From Octopus sinensis (taxonomy: Eukaryota), in contig NC_043000.1 in assembly GCF_006345805.1 (NCBI RefSeq), forward strand, positions 83,328,001 to 83,392,000: a DNA stretch of 64,000 nt, in the 5' to 3' direction. The position numbers were made by a program, and so were the translations under genes. Shown piece after piece: positions 1-14,105 of this stretch; within the stretch, counting starts at the first letter, position 1; every line of letters starts with the position of its first letter. The notes under the pieces are model-generated. The model had not been told where the DNA came from. It worked only from the letters and a program-made list of their open reading frames with translations, and made no database searches.

Positions 1-69
1 CTCAACATTAGTTTTGACACATCAATAGTTATTTCTCTCTATAATGTATCTTAATAAAAATAAATAAAT

Positions 70-310
70 GCACCCTTTTTAAAGCCTAGTCAGGCTCATG
101 AGCCCGGTTTCTATGGTGTATGTGTTCCTCAGCTGGACGGGACACCAGTCCATTGCAGTGTTACTCTTTTTTGCCAGCTGAGTGGACTGAAGCAACGTGA
201 AATGAAGTGTTTTGCTCAAGAACACAATGCGTCGCCTGGTCCAGGAATCGAAACCACAATCTTACAATCATGGTGCTGACACCCTAACCACTAAGCCACG
301 TGCCTCCACA
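70..310 (-). mobile_element. tRNA-derived SINE with CORE-like/V-like body
   Basis: Minus strand begins gtggaggcacgtggcttagtggttagggtgtcagc...gtggtttcgattcctgg (A/B-box-like head), then ttgtgttcttgagcaaaacac (CORE-like) and gcaatggactggtgtcccgtccag (V-domain-like). Related pieces at ~3710-3990, ~21790-22050, ~57780-57970. Domain names are from memory. Confidence 0.65.
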
Positions 311-2809
311 TAATGTATCTTACCTTTCAAGATATAAGCACATATCACTTACACTTACGTTACCTCTATCTCCTTCCTAATCTTCCCAGCTGTTATAGGA
401 TTTGGTTCCACTACTAGTAAAGAATATTTTGGTGTCATTAGCTTTGATCATAGAACTGCTTGATGAAAAGTGATATAGAGACAAACTCTAACTTTCATTA
501 GGTCTCACATCTTCATCAACAAAACCAAACATACTAAAATTTAGAAGAAAGCACATCATATCTAAAGGTAACTGAGACAACCATTAGACAACAAACAGAA
601 CTGGAAGGATTAATCCATATAAATATTATTGATCCATGGCAACAACTAAAGGCTTATAATGACTATTTCAGTGGTCATCTGCCAGTTGAAACTAAATTTG
701 TTATCCTAATCCTTCCTCCTAATTTAAAGCTTTTCCGGTTTTTTTTTTTGTCTTACATTACCACCCACTAATTTTTCATATGGGCCGTGTGTAAAATACA
801 TAGGAAATTTTCATACCCAACAGTCATAAGATGCCCAACAAGCCAGTTTGTTGAAAAGCTTAGTATTTAATTAGAGCTGAAACTATGACCTGTCTTTACT
901 ATGAGAGTATTGGGTCTTACCATTCTGTCTCTAGGATGGGCAATATGTTCTAAGGTCACAGTTTTGGCTAACTGAGTGTTTTGTTGATGATTTCTTCATT
1001 TGGCTGTGAAGAAGCTCCCACACAGGCTTGTAATTGTGATGATGATATTAGAGACAAAGATAGTGGGATGGTGGAGTAAAGATGATAATTTAAGGGAGAT
1101 AATTCACTCCTAATTACCAGCTGGGGAGTGAAGAGAAGACAGAAAGAATGCATAAGCAAATATGTTTATTGATAAGTCTCATAAAGGTCGTTGTTTTTCA
1201 GGCTTTATTCAAAAGAGTTGTTTAATATTTATCACTGGCAGCAGAATGACAACTGGTGAATTCAAGGTGGCTTAAAAATTACTTGCACTATCTTCACTAA
1301 AAACAGAAAATTAGGAGTCTTGAAGGAAACAAATGTAGATTTAGGGATTAGCTACCAGCTTAAAAACTCAAAAAAGCTGTCCCAACTGTGTGTTTAAGAC
1401 TGGAAGGAAAACTCAGAGAAATGGATATTGACCCATTAAATGTTGATTACGGAATATAACAATTACCAGAAATTAGATTGGTTTTCAACAGCCAAAGGAT
1501 GGGATGGTCAGTGACCCACTTTGTCTTGTGAGACTTTATAAAATAACTTTACAGGAACTTATATACAGAGCATTTCTCACCATAGAAAATGAGCAATTAG
1601 TGAAAGCTATGGTTGATGAGCTAACTGTTATGTCAAAACAGCTAAAAAATTTATGTAAAGACACATCCCTAATGCTTCATCAAAAACCAACACTCCACCA
1701 ATAGCAATGAAAAAAAAGTTGGCTATTGCTTATCACAAAAGCAATTTAGAAACAAATAGGAAACTTTGAAGTGTATTATGGTAGCTGATCATGTAGATAA
1801 CCCTCTCAAACTGTGAAATTGAGATACAAGACATAAAAAGGTGAAGTCAATAAAAACTTATGTGAAGACTTCCAGATAGTATGTGTATGGCTGTATTTCT
1901 CACTGGACTAAGCATTGTCTGTTTGCTGATTATGCCAGAAGTGCCTGTAACTGACATACAAATGACTTCATTTCCTTTCACTAGTGCTCTATGGAAGACA
2001 ATGATCACTGCAGCTTTTCCTTTCATGTACGGCACTGATGGTAGACCTATGACATGTATGTCAGCAGTGGCACACTGTTGATATTTAGGAAACATGCAAC
2101 GGGCTGGAAAAAAAACCCAAAAAAACTCTGCAATATTTTATCATAAATTTCAACAGACCAGAATTCAAAGGTTCTCCATCACTCATCTAAACATCACTAC
2201 ATGAAAGAGTGTAAACAAGTCCACTGTTCCAATTCATGAGAACATTAGAGACAGCAATATGAAAAGACTTCTTGTTTCTTCAACTGTTAGACCAAAACAG
2301 AATATTGCAAAATTTTCAAGTTTGTTATTGTCTTTTATTGTAGATATAACCAAGAGTAAGCAGCCTCTAAGACCAGAGATATCAATAATGGTTTATGTTC
2401 AGTTAGAACATCTATAAATCTATACCTACAAGAAAGACATGGTGAGGGAGTTCAAAAGAGTTGACATTCTGGTAAGAGTTTGAGGAAAAAATGGTTAGTG
2501 TGAGATATAGGGATGAGCAGAGTATGAGTGACAAAATAAAGAAGGATAAATGATCTCAAGTGAAAGTGATGTGCCTCAAGTTAGTCGAAAGGAGCAGAAA
2601 ATGTAGAAGCTATAACAAGTAGGGTGAGAAAACTGATTAGGTCAGAGGTTGAACTGCATTGCAGAGTCAGTCTTTGTCAGTTAGTCAGATGGCTTTCTTC
2701 TGGATATGGAAGTTTGTGCAGATAGCTGAACCATCTTAGATGTGGGAGCAGTACTCTGTTGTTGACATTAGAGCATCAAATGCAGTTATTTAACACATCT
2801 TTACTTGTG

Positions 2810-3710
2810 TGGCTCAAGAAGACCAACATCATGGGTCAGGCTACATTGGACATCCCAAACATACATATTGGAGACCACAGATTACAGGAGGTGGAGAAGT
2901 TTACCTATCTTGGCTCTACCGTCACCTACAACCTATCCCTTGATGCTGAGCTCAATATACGCATTGGCAAGGCAGCTGCTGTGATGGCCCAACTCTCCAA
3001 ACGGGCATGGGACAACAATAAGCTAAGACCACAAAAATGAAAATCTATCAGGCATGCGTACTTAGCACTCTACTGTATGGAAGTGAGACTTGGACACCAT
3101 ACACATGCCAAGAGCGTCGCCTAAACATCTTTCACCTGCGCTGCCTCCGGAAAATCCTTCGCATCAAATGGCAGAATCATATCCTCAACAAAGATGTCCT
3201 CAAGCAAGCAGGAATACCGAGCATGTTTGCACACCTCACACAAAGACGTATAAGATGGCTTGGACATGTTGGTCATATGGAAGATAGCAGAATCCCCAAG
3301 GACATATTCTACGGAGAGCTTGCTAGGGGCACTAGGTCTGTGGGAAGACAGTTCTTACGTTACAAGGATGTTTGCAAAAGGGACATGAAGGCCTGCAACA
3401 TCAATATTAGCAACTGGGAAGCAGCTGCCAGCAACCGTGGAGATTGGTGACGTACCGTAAAAGAAGGAACACAAAGGAGTGACAGAGAGAGAGAGGAGAA
3501 ATGGAAAGACAAGAAAAGACGTCAACAAGAAACTATGACATTACAATCAGCCAGGAACAGTCTTCGCTACATTTGCGGCACCTGCCAGAGAGAGTGTTTG
3601 TCCAGATATAGGACTACACAGCCACAGCAGGAAATGTATTAGGACATGAAATGTAAAAGACGGACTAGACTATTTTATGCGCAACTCCATTGTCTCCCAA
3701 GACAAAAAGG
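2810..3710 (+). mobile_element. RTE-clade LINE, 3' fragment (RT C-terminus, frameshifted)
   Basis: ORFs 2759-3040 and 3037-3450 give LKKTNIM...EVEKFTYLGS...RIGKAAAVM and IYQACVLSTLLYGSETW...RRIRWLGHVGHMEDSRIPKDIFYGEL. Beyond the stop the frame continues to a CGTCQREC...LHSHSRKC-type zinc-finger tail typical of RTE/BovB-like elements. Confidence 0.92.
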
Positions 3711-4797
3711 TTAGGGTATTTTGCTCATATAAGGTCGTCACTTCAATTCCCAGCGGTATGTTATGTCCTTGGGCAAGATACTATTTCATGCTGCTCAAGT
3801 CAACTCAGCTGGCAAAAATGAATAGTACCTCTATGTCAATGGGCCAGCCTTGTCACACTGAATCTCCCTGAGAACAACGTTAAGGATATGTATTTGTGGA
3901 GTGCCCAGCCACTTGCACATTAATTTCACAAGCAGGTTACTCTGTTCATTGAGTCAATTGGAACCCTCATTGTGACCAACAGAGTGCTGGGTATTTTTTC
4001 CAATAAGTGGTGCACAATGTGCACATTGCAATAAGGTCAACATGAAAATCATCTAGATAAAATGTCATGTGGAAATGAGTTAGTTTTGCTTATAGAAGTA
4101 TCAGGAAATATCTGACCAGAACTTATAAAAGTAGCAGAAATAACAATAGCACCTATAGAAGTAGCAGAAAACATCTAACAAAGACCTATAGAAGTAACAG
4201 GAAACATCTAATTGTATCACTTATAGAGCTAGCAGAAATACTTAACTTGGAACTTATAGAGGTAGCAGGAAACATCAAACTAGCATTTTAAAATAGGAGA
4301 AAACACCTAACTGTCACACTTACAGGAAATAACAATAGCACTTAAACACACACACACACACACACAATAAGGTGACTAAGTACATTTGACTACAATCCAA
4401 AGTTAATAGCAACAGCTTATTTTGACTCATTAACACATGCAAAACACTTTGACATTTTAAGAATAATTTATTGCACATTCCTAATTTACTTTCAGTAAAT
4501 AAATGTATTAATCCCCTGACCTTTTATAAGCATACAGTGTAGAGAGGCTCTGTCTGAAAGCCAGAGGTAAAGGATGGATGCTTGAGTAGACAGTGTGAGG
4601 ATATCAGTTGAGGAATAATTGATGGTTTATACCCAATCATCAATAGAGTGTTCTTGCGAAATTCAGCTAAACGTTTGCTTTAAAACATGAATTTAATACA
4701 CATGATAAACAAGCAGAAAATTCAGTTGGAAGGTGAATAAAATTATGACACATGATGAATATAAATGATGAGAAAAAGAAAATAAATATGTAAAACC

Positions 4798-4937
<140 letters not shown>

Positions 4938-7849
4938 TATTTTCTGTTAAAATCACAGCTTTAAAGTGTTTACTGACATTTTAGTCATCAAGCTCTTATG
5001 ATACACTGACATCATATTTATCTCCCTCTCTCATGCATGTGTATGTGTGAATGCGAGGATGCATGTGTATTACTATTCCCACTCCCAATATAGAATTTTC
5101 ATTAACTGTCACTGATTACTACATACACAGAACTGTCATATGATCAAAACCATATGTTACCATAAAGCCTCAAAAGTATTGCATGAAAACTGATTTTTAC
5201 CTTTAATTCAGACTAGATTAATATACCTAGATGGAAATAGGCACCATGAGTGCCAGGTAATAGTTTTCTTTAATCCAAACTTTGGATGAATTGAACTTCG
5301 CTGAAGTTCATTCAGTTGTGATGCAGTGCTTCAAAAAGAAGAATATTCCAGTGTAATATTTCCCTCTCTGCTCCTTCAAATACATAAGTGAACTCAGCAT
5401 TACAAGTGAACAAAGCTGATCACTCTTTACAGTGTTGATATAAAACACCAAATGGTTTGATTGTCATTGGTTGAGTGCAGTCATGTGGATGGTTGTGTTG
5501 GTGCTTTTGATTTGAAAACTTAAGATTTGTACACTTTTCAAGATTTTTCAAAGAGGAAGACCTCCAAAATAAAGGGTCTCTATGGCAGCAGAGGAACAAG
5601 GTCTTAGATTTTCTGCTCAGTGATCTAGATGGTTGTTTCATAATGTCAAATTTCTCAGGTAAAGTTTGGAATTTTTAACCCATATGATACCCAACATGGA
5701 GATTAAACCCACAACCTTATGATGAGTCTACCAGCCAAACCACTAAGCCATAATCCTTCACCTCAACAACCATACTGTACTACAACTCTCAAACACTGTC
5801 ACTTCATACAGAAAATGGTTTTCTCTGAAACCCACTACTTGGCTGTATATTTCTACTAGACACTAATCTGCTAATTTAAATTGGATCATTAAAAGCATTT
5901 GCCTTGTCTAATTAGCCCATAATTTCACCCATCATTTCAGGAAATTGTCAAATTTAAAACATTTACATTGAAGCCAACCAAAAAATGCACCAGAAAGAAA
6001 TTAAGACTGTGTGGTTAAGCAGCTTGCTTTGCAACCACATGGCTTCAGGTTCAGTCCCACCATGTGGCTCACAAGGGTAACTCTTTTCTATTATAGCCCC
6101 AGGTTGACCAACACCTTGCCTTGTCAGTGAATTGGATAGACAGAAACTGAGTGGAAGCTGTTTGCACAAGTGTGTGTATATATGTATCTGTGAAGGTTTC
6201 CCCACCACAGTGACAACCATTATTGGTTTGTTTATGTTCCTGCAAATTAGTAGTTCAGCAAAAGAGATAAACCACACTTAAAATATAAGTACTGGGGTTG
6301 ATTTGTTAGACTAAAACCTTCATGGTGGTACCCCCACATCCCCATAGTCCAATAAGAAATGAGTAAAAGATAAAAGATATATATATATTAACCAGTTTGG
6401 AATTGTTGCAAATTTTCAACAATTTCTGAAAGTCTGAACTCAGAATATTCTAAGAGTTGAAGCAGCCACTCTCTAAGTAGTTCAATGTGAAGTAATTGAA
6501 GAAAGATTCTTTGTAAATTATTTATTCCAATACAGAAATGACAGATATTCCTAAAATTAAATCCTTGATATTTTGTGTTTTCAACATCAAATACTTTAAG
6601 TCTTCCTAATCTTTAAGGTAACTCAACTTATGCAGGAGTTAGACAACAAACTGAACCAGAAGTCGACTTACAGAAGTGGAACAGCAATGCAAAAATGGAA
6701 TGATGTCTAAAATGTTTCTATATTGATCAGCTTACCCAAAGCCTACAAACATTAACTTAACCATTCAACAATTTGAAAGAAATAGTAACTGTCAACATAA
6801 AAATACACATTACACCACATAATATGTAATTGAAGACTAGAATATTATGAAAATATCTTAAGCAATATGCTCTGCAAACATTATAAATCTAACATTATTA
6901 TAAATTTTCAAACCATGAAGTTGAGTCTTTCTTCATATCCCTTATACTGCTACTGTCATTTTCATTGGCTCCTTTAGCTCCCATATTAAAGTAATAAATG
7001 TACTGAATTGTCAAAGCAATGAAAGAACCTTTACATGAACAACCATTTTTGAGGAGCAGGCCATATGAGGCATGGTTCATCATTAGGTGGGTCACTCAAC
7101 CAAAAACATTCAAGGTAATTTTTTGTTTAGGTGTGCCATTCAGAAAGTCCTGCAGGCAGCAGTTTGCCTGGCCTTTGACTGCACTACACTATTACTTGAC
7201 TTAGAAATAGCAATAAAATCTCTACAAAGTCATGTCATACCATTATAAGTAAGAAAAGGACAGTCTAAATTAGACTACGTCTGGAAAAAAGACAAGACAG
7301 CCATAACTAGAATGCCTTTAATCATGAGATTAAACAACAACTCATCAAATGTATAATGGAAAGAAAGACTGCCTGATAATCTAAGGTAGTAACACAAACC
7401 TTTATGAGGTCTAAATTATTGACAATATATTCTACGTTAATGAATTGTTAAGCAAACTAATTACTTTTGGTCAGATGAATAAATAGCTTTTGCACTATGA
7501 GTGTATGGATTAAGATAATTATTGTCCCTTTTGTTAATTATGACTAAGCATCCCAATCTTACAAAAATAGAAACATTTCTTGGTCAACTGACAGCTGATT
7601 ACCATTATAATACTAATGCATTATTATACCTTGGCACACAGCCAAAATTTATGATAGGTGGGAACAGGAAGAGTGTAGTGGACTTAATCAACACCACTAG
7701 TTCTTTACTGAAACTTATTGTATAAACAATTTCTAGACGGATGTACAAAATAAAGATGAATTTATTTAAACTTGAGGGCATAACTAAATACTGTAAAGTC
7801 TGTCTTTCTGGCTTCACACACTAATAACGAAAATCATTTGCAATTTTGG

Positions 7850-7990
7850 CACAGAGTCAGCTGTTTTTGATGGGAAGGGAAGTCGATCATATCTACCCCA
7901 TTACTTGACTGGTACTTATATTATCAGCCCCAAAACAATGAAAGGCAATGTCAACCTCAGCAGAATTTTGGCTCAGAATGTAGCACACAC
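7850..7990 (-). mobile_element. SINE family B, CpG-decayed copy
   Basis: actggtacttatattatcagccccaaaacaatgaaaggcaatgtcaacctcagcagaatttt matches family B seen intact at 30.8 and 59.1 kb. Similar decayed copies at ~10690-10875 and ~20262-20480. Confidence 0.8.
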
Positions 7991-10353
7991 TATCAATTGA
8001 GTCAGTTCGCCAGTTATAATAATAATAACATTAATAATATTTATGGTTTCAAATTTAGGCACAAGGTCAGCAATTTCTAAATTATATCTGAATCTAAAGC
8101 ACTTACTTTCACAGAAATCAAATTGAAAAGAAAAAAAAGTTTTGAAAATTGAAATTAAAATGCAAAATTTACAATGAAATTTTTAAGAAAATAAAATTTG
8201 TTATCTAAGTTTGAATTTTAGTGTGTTTTTTTTAAACTTTCATATTCCTTCATATTTTGTTTTTTGTATTTTGTTTAGAGAAACAACCCAATTTTATTAA
8301 TTTTGAATTTGATGATAAAATTTAAAACATGGCAATTCAAAAACAAAAATACTTGCACCCCACCCTTTTATTAAGAGTACAGAAAGACTTGTGTATTTAT
8401 TGTTTTTAACCTTTTCTCTTGACTAACTTTTCTTTGTGACAGAATGACACACAAACAATAATATGCATGCACACATACACACATTGACAAACAGTTTATT
8501 TTTAGCCTTTCTTTAAGGTGGCCCAGAAATATCAAAGCAGCAGCTGTGTGCAATCAACAACTTCCTTGTTTTGCTATGTTTATGTATGTGTGTTTGAGAG
8601 AGAGAGAGAGACAGAGTGTATGTTTATGTGTGTACATGTGGAAATTTGTGCATGTGCACGTGAAAGAAAGAGAGTGACTGAGTGCATGCATGCTTATGTG
8701 TGTATATGTGGAAATGTATGCATGTGTGTGTTTTAGTGTCACAAATGAAAGTGTATTCAATTCATGATATAGAGTTCGTTTATAATAGCAACCTTCTCAA
8801 GGTTGCCTGACTAAGAGAGTGAGTCATCAAATCAACTGATAACTAACATTATGTGTGCACGTGTATGTGTGTGTGCGTGGTATAATTTGCTCACTATATC
8901 ACTAACATTTTCTCTTTTCCATAGCAGGGTTGTTTGTAAAGGTAAATAATATAGAGATATTCTTTCCCTCATCCTCAGGTATGCATCAGTATGTAGACCT
9001 CATCAGCACAGATTCATGACCACATACATAATTAACGAATTCAATAATTGTGTCATCATCACTGTTTTAATGTTTACCTTTCCAGATTTGCATGAGTCAT
9101 ACAAAAGAGGCAGATTTTCTATGCTGGAGTACCCTTCTTGTCAGCAACCCTCCCCTGTTTCCATGCAAGGTCATGTTCCTGCATGGCCAGACATGACTGG
9201 AAACAAAGGACAACACTTGTACAACAGTGATACTTGTTTGCAACCATTATATAATGTCAAAGCCAGGAGACACCAACACACACATACACACTCTCTATCT
9301 AATGTGTGTATGTGTTAGATATAGATATATATCTGTATATGATGGGCTTCTTTCAGTTTCCACCTACCAAATCCACTCACAAGGCTTTGGTTGGCCTGGG
9401 TTTAGAGTATAAGATGCTGGCCAAAGGTATCACTCAGTGGGGTTGAACCTAAGACCATGTGGTTGGTATGTGAACTTCTTAACCACATAACATCCTATGA
9501 CACTATCCTGTAAACAGGATATCAATTTCTTGCCAATGTATGTTTTAGGACAATGCCCTGTCATAATGCATGTACTGTGTTCCTGTTTTTGCCTGAAGCT
9601 CCACTTAAAAGTTATTGTTTTTATACTGTTACTAAAATGACTGATATATACTGTAATAATATACAGTCCTAATTTTGTTTATATTCTCATTTTCAAGCTA
9701 TTTCCTGTAGTATTAGTAGTAATATTACAATACAGTGCTACTATCCTTGCTATTGTTGCTACAATATACAAACATTATCTGTACAAATACATACATATAT
9801 ACACATTTATACACACATAATATTTATGTATTTTATAATGCCTAAATTCTCCAGCAATTGTTGATACTGTTATTCTACCAAGGAGTCAACTTATTCCATT
9901 TTCTTTTCTGTATTAGTGGTCTTTTGTTACAGAATTGCGAAAATGCTAATAATATCATTACTACTGTGAGATTAAACCTATTCTCAAATGCTATTTATTC
10001 TGTAATTAAGTCTTACATGAAAGCTTCCATACATCTACCTTGTTTTTCACAAGTCAACCATAAAATTACAGACATTTCAACAATGGCAATAACCACATAA
10101 AACTCAGTTTACTATACGTCTCTTTTGCAAATCCTTATCTTTTTAACTCCACTTAATAAAACAAAGGTCTCATCATTTGAGATTCCTACAGGCAGCCTGC
10201 AATTCAGCTTGTTGAATCAGGTTACAATGAATATCATCACTTGTCTTGATGGTGACAAGTTAAAGGCTTTTAAATTAAAAATATTTTTTCTACTATTGAT
10301 ACAAGCACATTATTTACATTTGACGGATATTTGTCCTCATCTTGTTTGTTATT

Positions 10354-10400
10354 TACACAGCGTTTCAGCTGATATACCCTCCAGCCTTCATCAGGTGTCT
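10354..10400 (-). ncRNA. Degenerate minimal hammerhead ribozyme (PLE type)
   Basis: agacac CTGATGA a ggctg gagggtatat cagct GAAA cgct gtgta. U16.1 is changed to C relative to the 46611 copy, so probably inactive. Confidence 0.6.
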
Positions 10401-10558
10401 TGGGGGAAATTTCAAACCTGGGTTCTCATTCCTAAGGTATTTTTCAATATTATTATTATTATTATTATGCAGGTCACTGCCTGGAATTGAACTCAAAATC
10501 TTGGGGTTAGTAGTTTGCGCTCTTAACCACTACGCCATATGCCCGACATATTTCCCTA

Positions 10559-10602
10559 AGACACCTGATGAAGGCCGGAGGGTATATCAGCCGAAATGTG
10601 TT
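10559..10602 (+). ncRNA. Degenerate minimal hammerhead ribozyme (PLE type)
   Basis: agacac CTGATGA a ggccg gagggtatat cagcc GAAA t gtgtt. Stem III/cleavage triplet eroded relative to the 46611 copy. Confidence 0.55.
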
Positions 10603-11080
10603 AACAACAAACAAGATGAGGACCAATATCCATCAAATGTAAATAATGTGCATTTCTTAAATATAGAACTGTATAGGTACAAGGCTTGAAATTTGAGGTG
10701 AGGGGATTAATCAATTATGTTGACCCCAGTGTTTCACTGGTACTCAATTCATCAACTTCAAAAGGATGAAAGACACAGTTGACCATGACACAATTTGAAC
10801 TCAGAACATAAAGATCAATGAAATGCTGCTAAGCATTTTGCCAGGCATGCTAATGGTCCTGTCAGCTCACTACCCTTTTTAAATTAACAAAAATAAGAAA
10901 TGAAACAAAAAAAAAAAAGGATCTTATTGTTTGTCTTTTTTTTGTTTTCTGTTCTTGTATTTTTAAACTGACTAGCCAATATCAATTCCATGACAAGATG
11001 GTAAAGCAAGAGACTAAATGTACAACAGCCTCTGGTTTCGTTAACTCTTTGTTGCAAAGTTAAAATCTCACTAGATTCCA

Positions 11081-14000
11081 CTAGTTAAATAATAATAATA
11101 ATAATAATAATTGTGTACAGTGCTCAGGTGCACTACAACTCATCTAAAGTGTATATATAATCAGGTGTAGTTTCGGCGGATTTCGGAAAGCATGAGGGCC
11201 TTAAAGGATGCAGTGTCATGGCAGTCAACAACTGACGCAGGCAGTTTATTCCATGCTTCAGCAACTCTGAGCGTGAAAAAATGTTTCCGAAAGTCATGGG
11301 AGCTGTGTTGTTTTCTGACTTTGTAGGCATGTCCACGTGTGTTAGACACATGGAGATCAAAAAGGTGTTCAGTGTTGTTGTTGGTGAGGTGGTTGATAAC
11401 TTTGTGGGTGTCTACCAAGTCCGTCGCCAGACGCCGGAGCTTCAGTGAATCCGTGCCCAGGGAAACAAGGCGCTCAGAATATGGTAGGTGTCCGATGGAG
11501 GGTATGCGTTTGGTTGCACGTCTCTGGACAGATTCCAGGAGGTCAATGTTCTGAGCAAGATAGGGGTTCCAAACTGATGATGCAAATTCCAAGTGTGGTC
11601 GTACCATAGCTGTATACAGTTTTAAATAGATGGCTGGAGAGTGGCTAACAAAAGTCTTGCTGAGTGATGCCAAGACACCCTCGGCCTTCTTGACAATTTT
11701 AGAGATATGCTTTGTTCAACGCAAATCACTGCTGACAGTGATGCCTAGGTCACGCTCGCAAAAGGATTTCTTGATATCAGTGTTGTGGAGGGAGTATGTG
11801 GATGCAGGGTTTTTTCTCCCAAAATGCATGGTGGTACACTTGTCCACAGCCAGTTTCAGTTGCCAGTCTGTGATCCATTGCTGCATTGTGTCTAGGTCTG
11901 ATTGCAGGAAAGAGTTGTAGACATCAGGATCTGTCCTCTTGATTTCAAGGTACAGCTTGATGTCGTCTGCATATTTCAATACTGTGGCATTCTTTAAATT
12001 GGCATCTATGTCATTAATGTATGCCACAAACAAGAGGGGACCAAGGACAGATCCCTGTGGTACACCCAATGACATCTCATATGGTGTAGAATGCTGTCCT
12101 AGAACAGTGACTACCTCCTTTCGGCTGAGAATGAAGGATTTCAACCAGTTAAAAAGGTCATCCCTCACACCCATTGCAGAGAGTTTCACCATAAGCCTTT
12201 TGTGTGGCACAGAGTTGAAAGCCTTAGCAAAGTCAAGGTAGACAACATCCACCCATGAACCACTGTCAGTGATCTGAGTAATGTCCTCAAGGAACTCGAC
12301 AAGCTGATCACTGCAGCTGGAGTTAGGGACAAATCCATATTGTGAGGGTCAGATGAGACTGTGAGAGCTCCAGAAGTTCCAGAGTGTTTCTCTGACACAC
12401 AATTCCATCAGTTTTGCAATACAGCTAGTGAGACTGACTGAGCGATAGTTGACAGGTGATGTGCGGTCACCCTTTTTGAACAGAGGAATGACACTGGCAG
12501 TTTTCCACTGCTCCGGAGTAGCACCATTGTTGAGACAGTACTGGAAGAAAATAGAAAGTTTGTGTAAAAGGAAGTCCCTGCCACGTTTGAGAAGCAGGTA
12601 TGTAACTCCATCAAGACCAGGGGAGGCATAGTTGCGCTTATTTTGAAGGTGACGTCGCAGCATTGCAGGTGTAAATTCCATAGTTGTTATGGAATTTGCT
12701 GTTAGAGATGGTGACTTTCAACAGTGAATATATTTGCATAGCACTCGGCAATGAGTTCTGCGCATTCCTTGGGGTCGTCAGTAATCTGGTTTGTGTGAGG
12801 GTTGTGAAGAGGGCCCACTGGAGAGTGAGGTCTCTGCTTCAAATGCACATAATTCCAGAAAACCTTGCTGTCAGGATTGGCTGCTATGCACTGTTCAAAT
12901 TCAAGCACTGCTTTTTTTGTCACTTGCTTGAGATGGTTGGAAGATTTATTCCGCTTCTTCCTGTTGGTGTCTGATTTATGCAACTTGTATTCCCGTTCAG
13001 CAGTCCGACGTTCCTTCCTGGCAAGTCGGACCGCTGAAGTTTCCCAAATTGCCCTTTTGGGGCAGTTCTTCTTTTTCTGTTTATGTGGCACTGATGCTGC
13101 ACATGCTGCCCATATTGAGTCCAGGATACTCTGGAGTATAGTATTCACATCTCCAGAGTTGTAGAAATCACGCCAGTTTGGGTGCTGTAGTTCAGTGTGG
13201 TACAGGTTCCAATCTGCTCTCTTCCAATTGAAGGAAGCAGATTGGAGATGGTTCAGGCTTTTGTTGTTGCCCGCAAGAGCCAGATTGGCGATGATCACAG
13301 CAAGATCAGAGTCACCTAGAGGTTCCTCCATAGTGCAATTGATAACCGCTTCAGGAGTTGTGGTGAAGAGCAGGTCCAAGGTGTTGTCGCCCCTTGTTGG
13401 AGAGGTGACTACTTGTGACCAGTTTGAGTCCAGCACAAGCTCAACAAAATCGTTTGCACTCTGTGGCCAATGGAAGGTTTCCCAGTTGATCTCAGGATGA
13501 TTGAAATCGCCTGCAATAAAAACATAGGTGGCTGTTTTCCTGGCAGCAGCTTGGAGGATATCGCAAAGCTGTGTGTCTTGATGGTAATTTGGGGGACGAT
13601 AAACAACACCAAGCAGGAGTGTTGACATGGTCATACGTACGTCACAGAAAAAAACTTCTTGTGATTCGTTCAAATCGGCACAAGGAATTACTGAAAAATT
13701 TGAACGAACGTAGACCATCACACCACCACCATGGCGGTTAATGCGGTCCTTGAGGAAGAGGTTGTACCCCGTAATGTTGAAAACCCCATCACAGAGTAAG
13801 GAATGTGCCCATGTTTCTGTGACAGTGATGAAGTCAGGGTCAATACTTCTGATGTAGGCGTTGAACAAATGTATTTTGTTGCATAAACTGCGAGCATTTA
13901 AGGACAACAATTTGTACCCTGCTTGCAGTTTATGATGGTGTGTAGAGGATGGCAGGTTGTTCTGGTTTAGTTTCCCTGAGTTGCTGTAGTTTTTTTAGAT

Positions 14001-14105
14001 TTTTTTCAGTTCAGTTATTGTGGGTAGAGAGCACTCAGACCAGCTGGTATCTCTCTTCCATGTTTCACCAGTCTTAACAAATCTCCAGATTTGTCCATCT
14101 TCACG
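11081..14105 (-). mobile_element. CR1-clade LINE, 5'-truncated (end of ORF1 + frameshifted APE-RT ORF2), (ATT)n tail
   Basis: 12702-13910 is an APE endonuclease (LSLNARS, VTETW, GGGVMVYV, AGDFN, TRGDNTLDLLFT). 12349-12681 has ASPGLDGV and NYRSVSLTSCIAK. 11716-12252 has YLDFAKAF, PQGSVLGPLLF and YADD. 11161-11673 has LESVQRRATK and FFTLRVAEAWNKLP. (AAT)n tail at 11088-11111. Flanked by the 17-bp direct repeat aatctcactagattcca at 11064-11080 and 14106-14122. Confidence 0.96.

Larger units (their letters stand above)
10305..10651. mobile_element. Penelope pLTR-like inverted repeat (~100-bp arms) enclosing a tRNA-like head
   Basis: 10305-10410 is the reverse complement of 10550-10651. The arm sequence recurs at 46576-46700 attached to a PLE RT. 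The spacer on the minus strand reads ggcatatggcgtagtggttaagagcgc...gagttcaattcc followed by (TAA)n. Confidence 0.8.

Noticed and set aside
1847-2095. Overlapping ORFs on both strands resembling a membrane-protein exon
   Set aside because: No recognisable family, weak splice sites and no way to choose a strand.
11339-13612. Plus-strand ORFs overlapping the CR1 element
   Set aside because: Antisense shadows of the real minus-strand ORF2.
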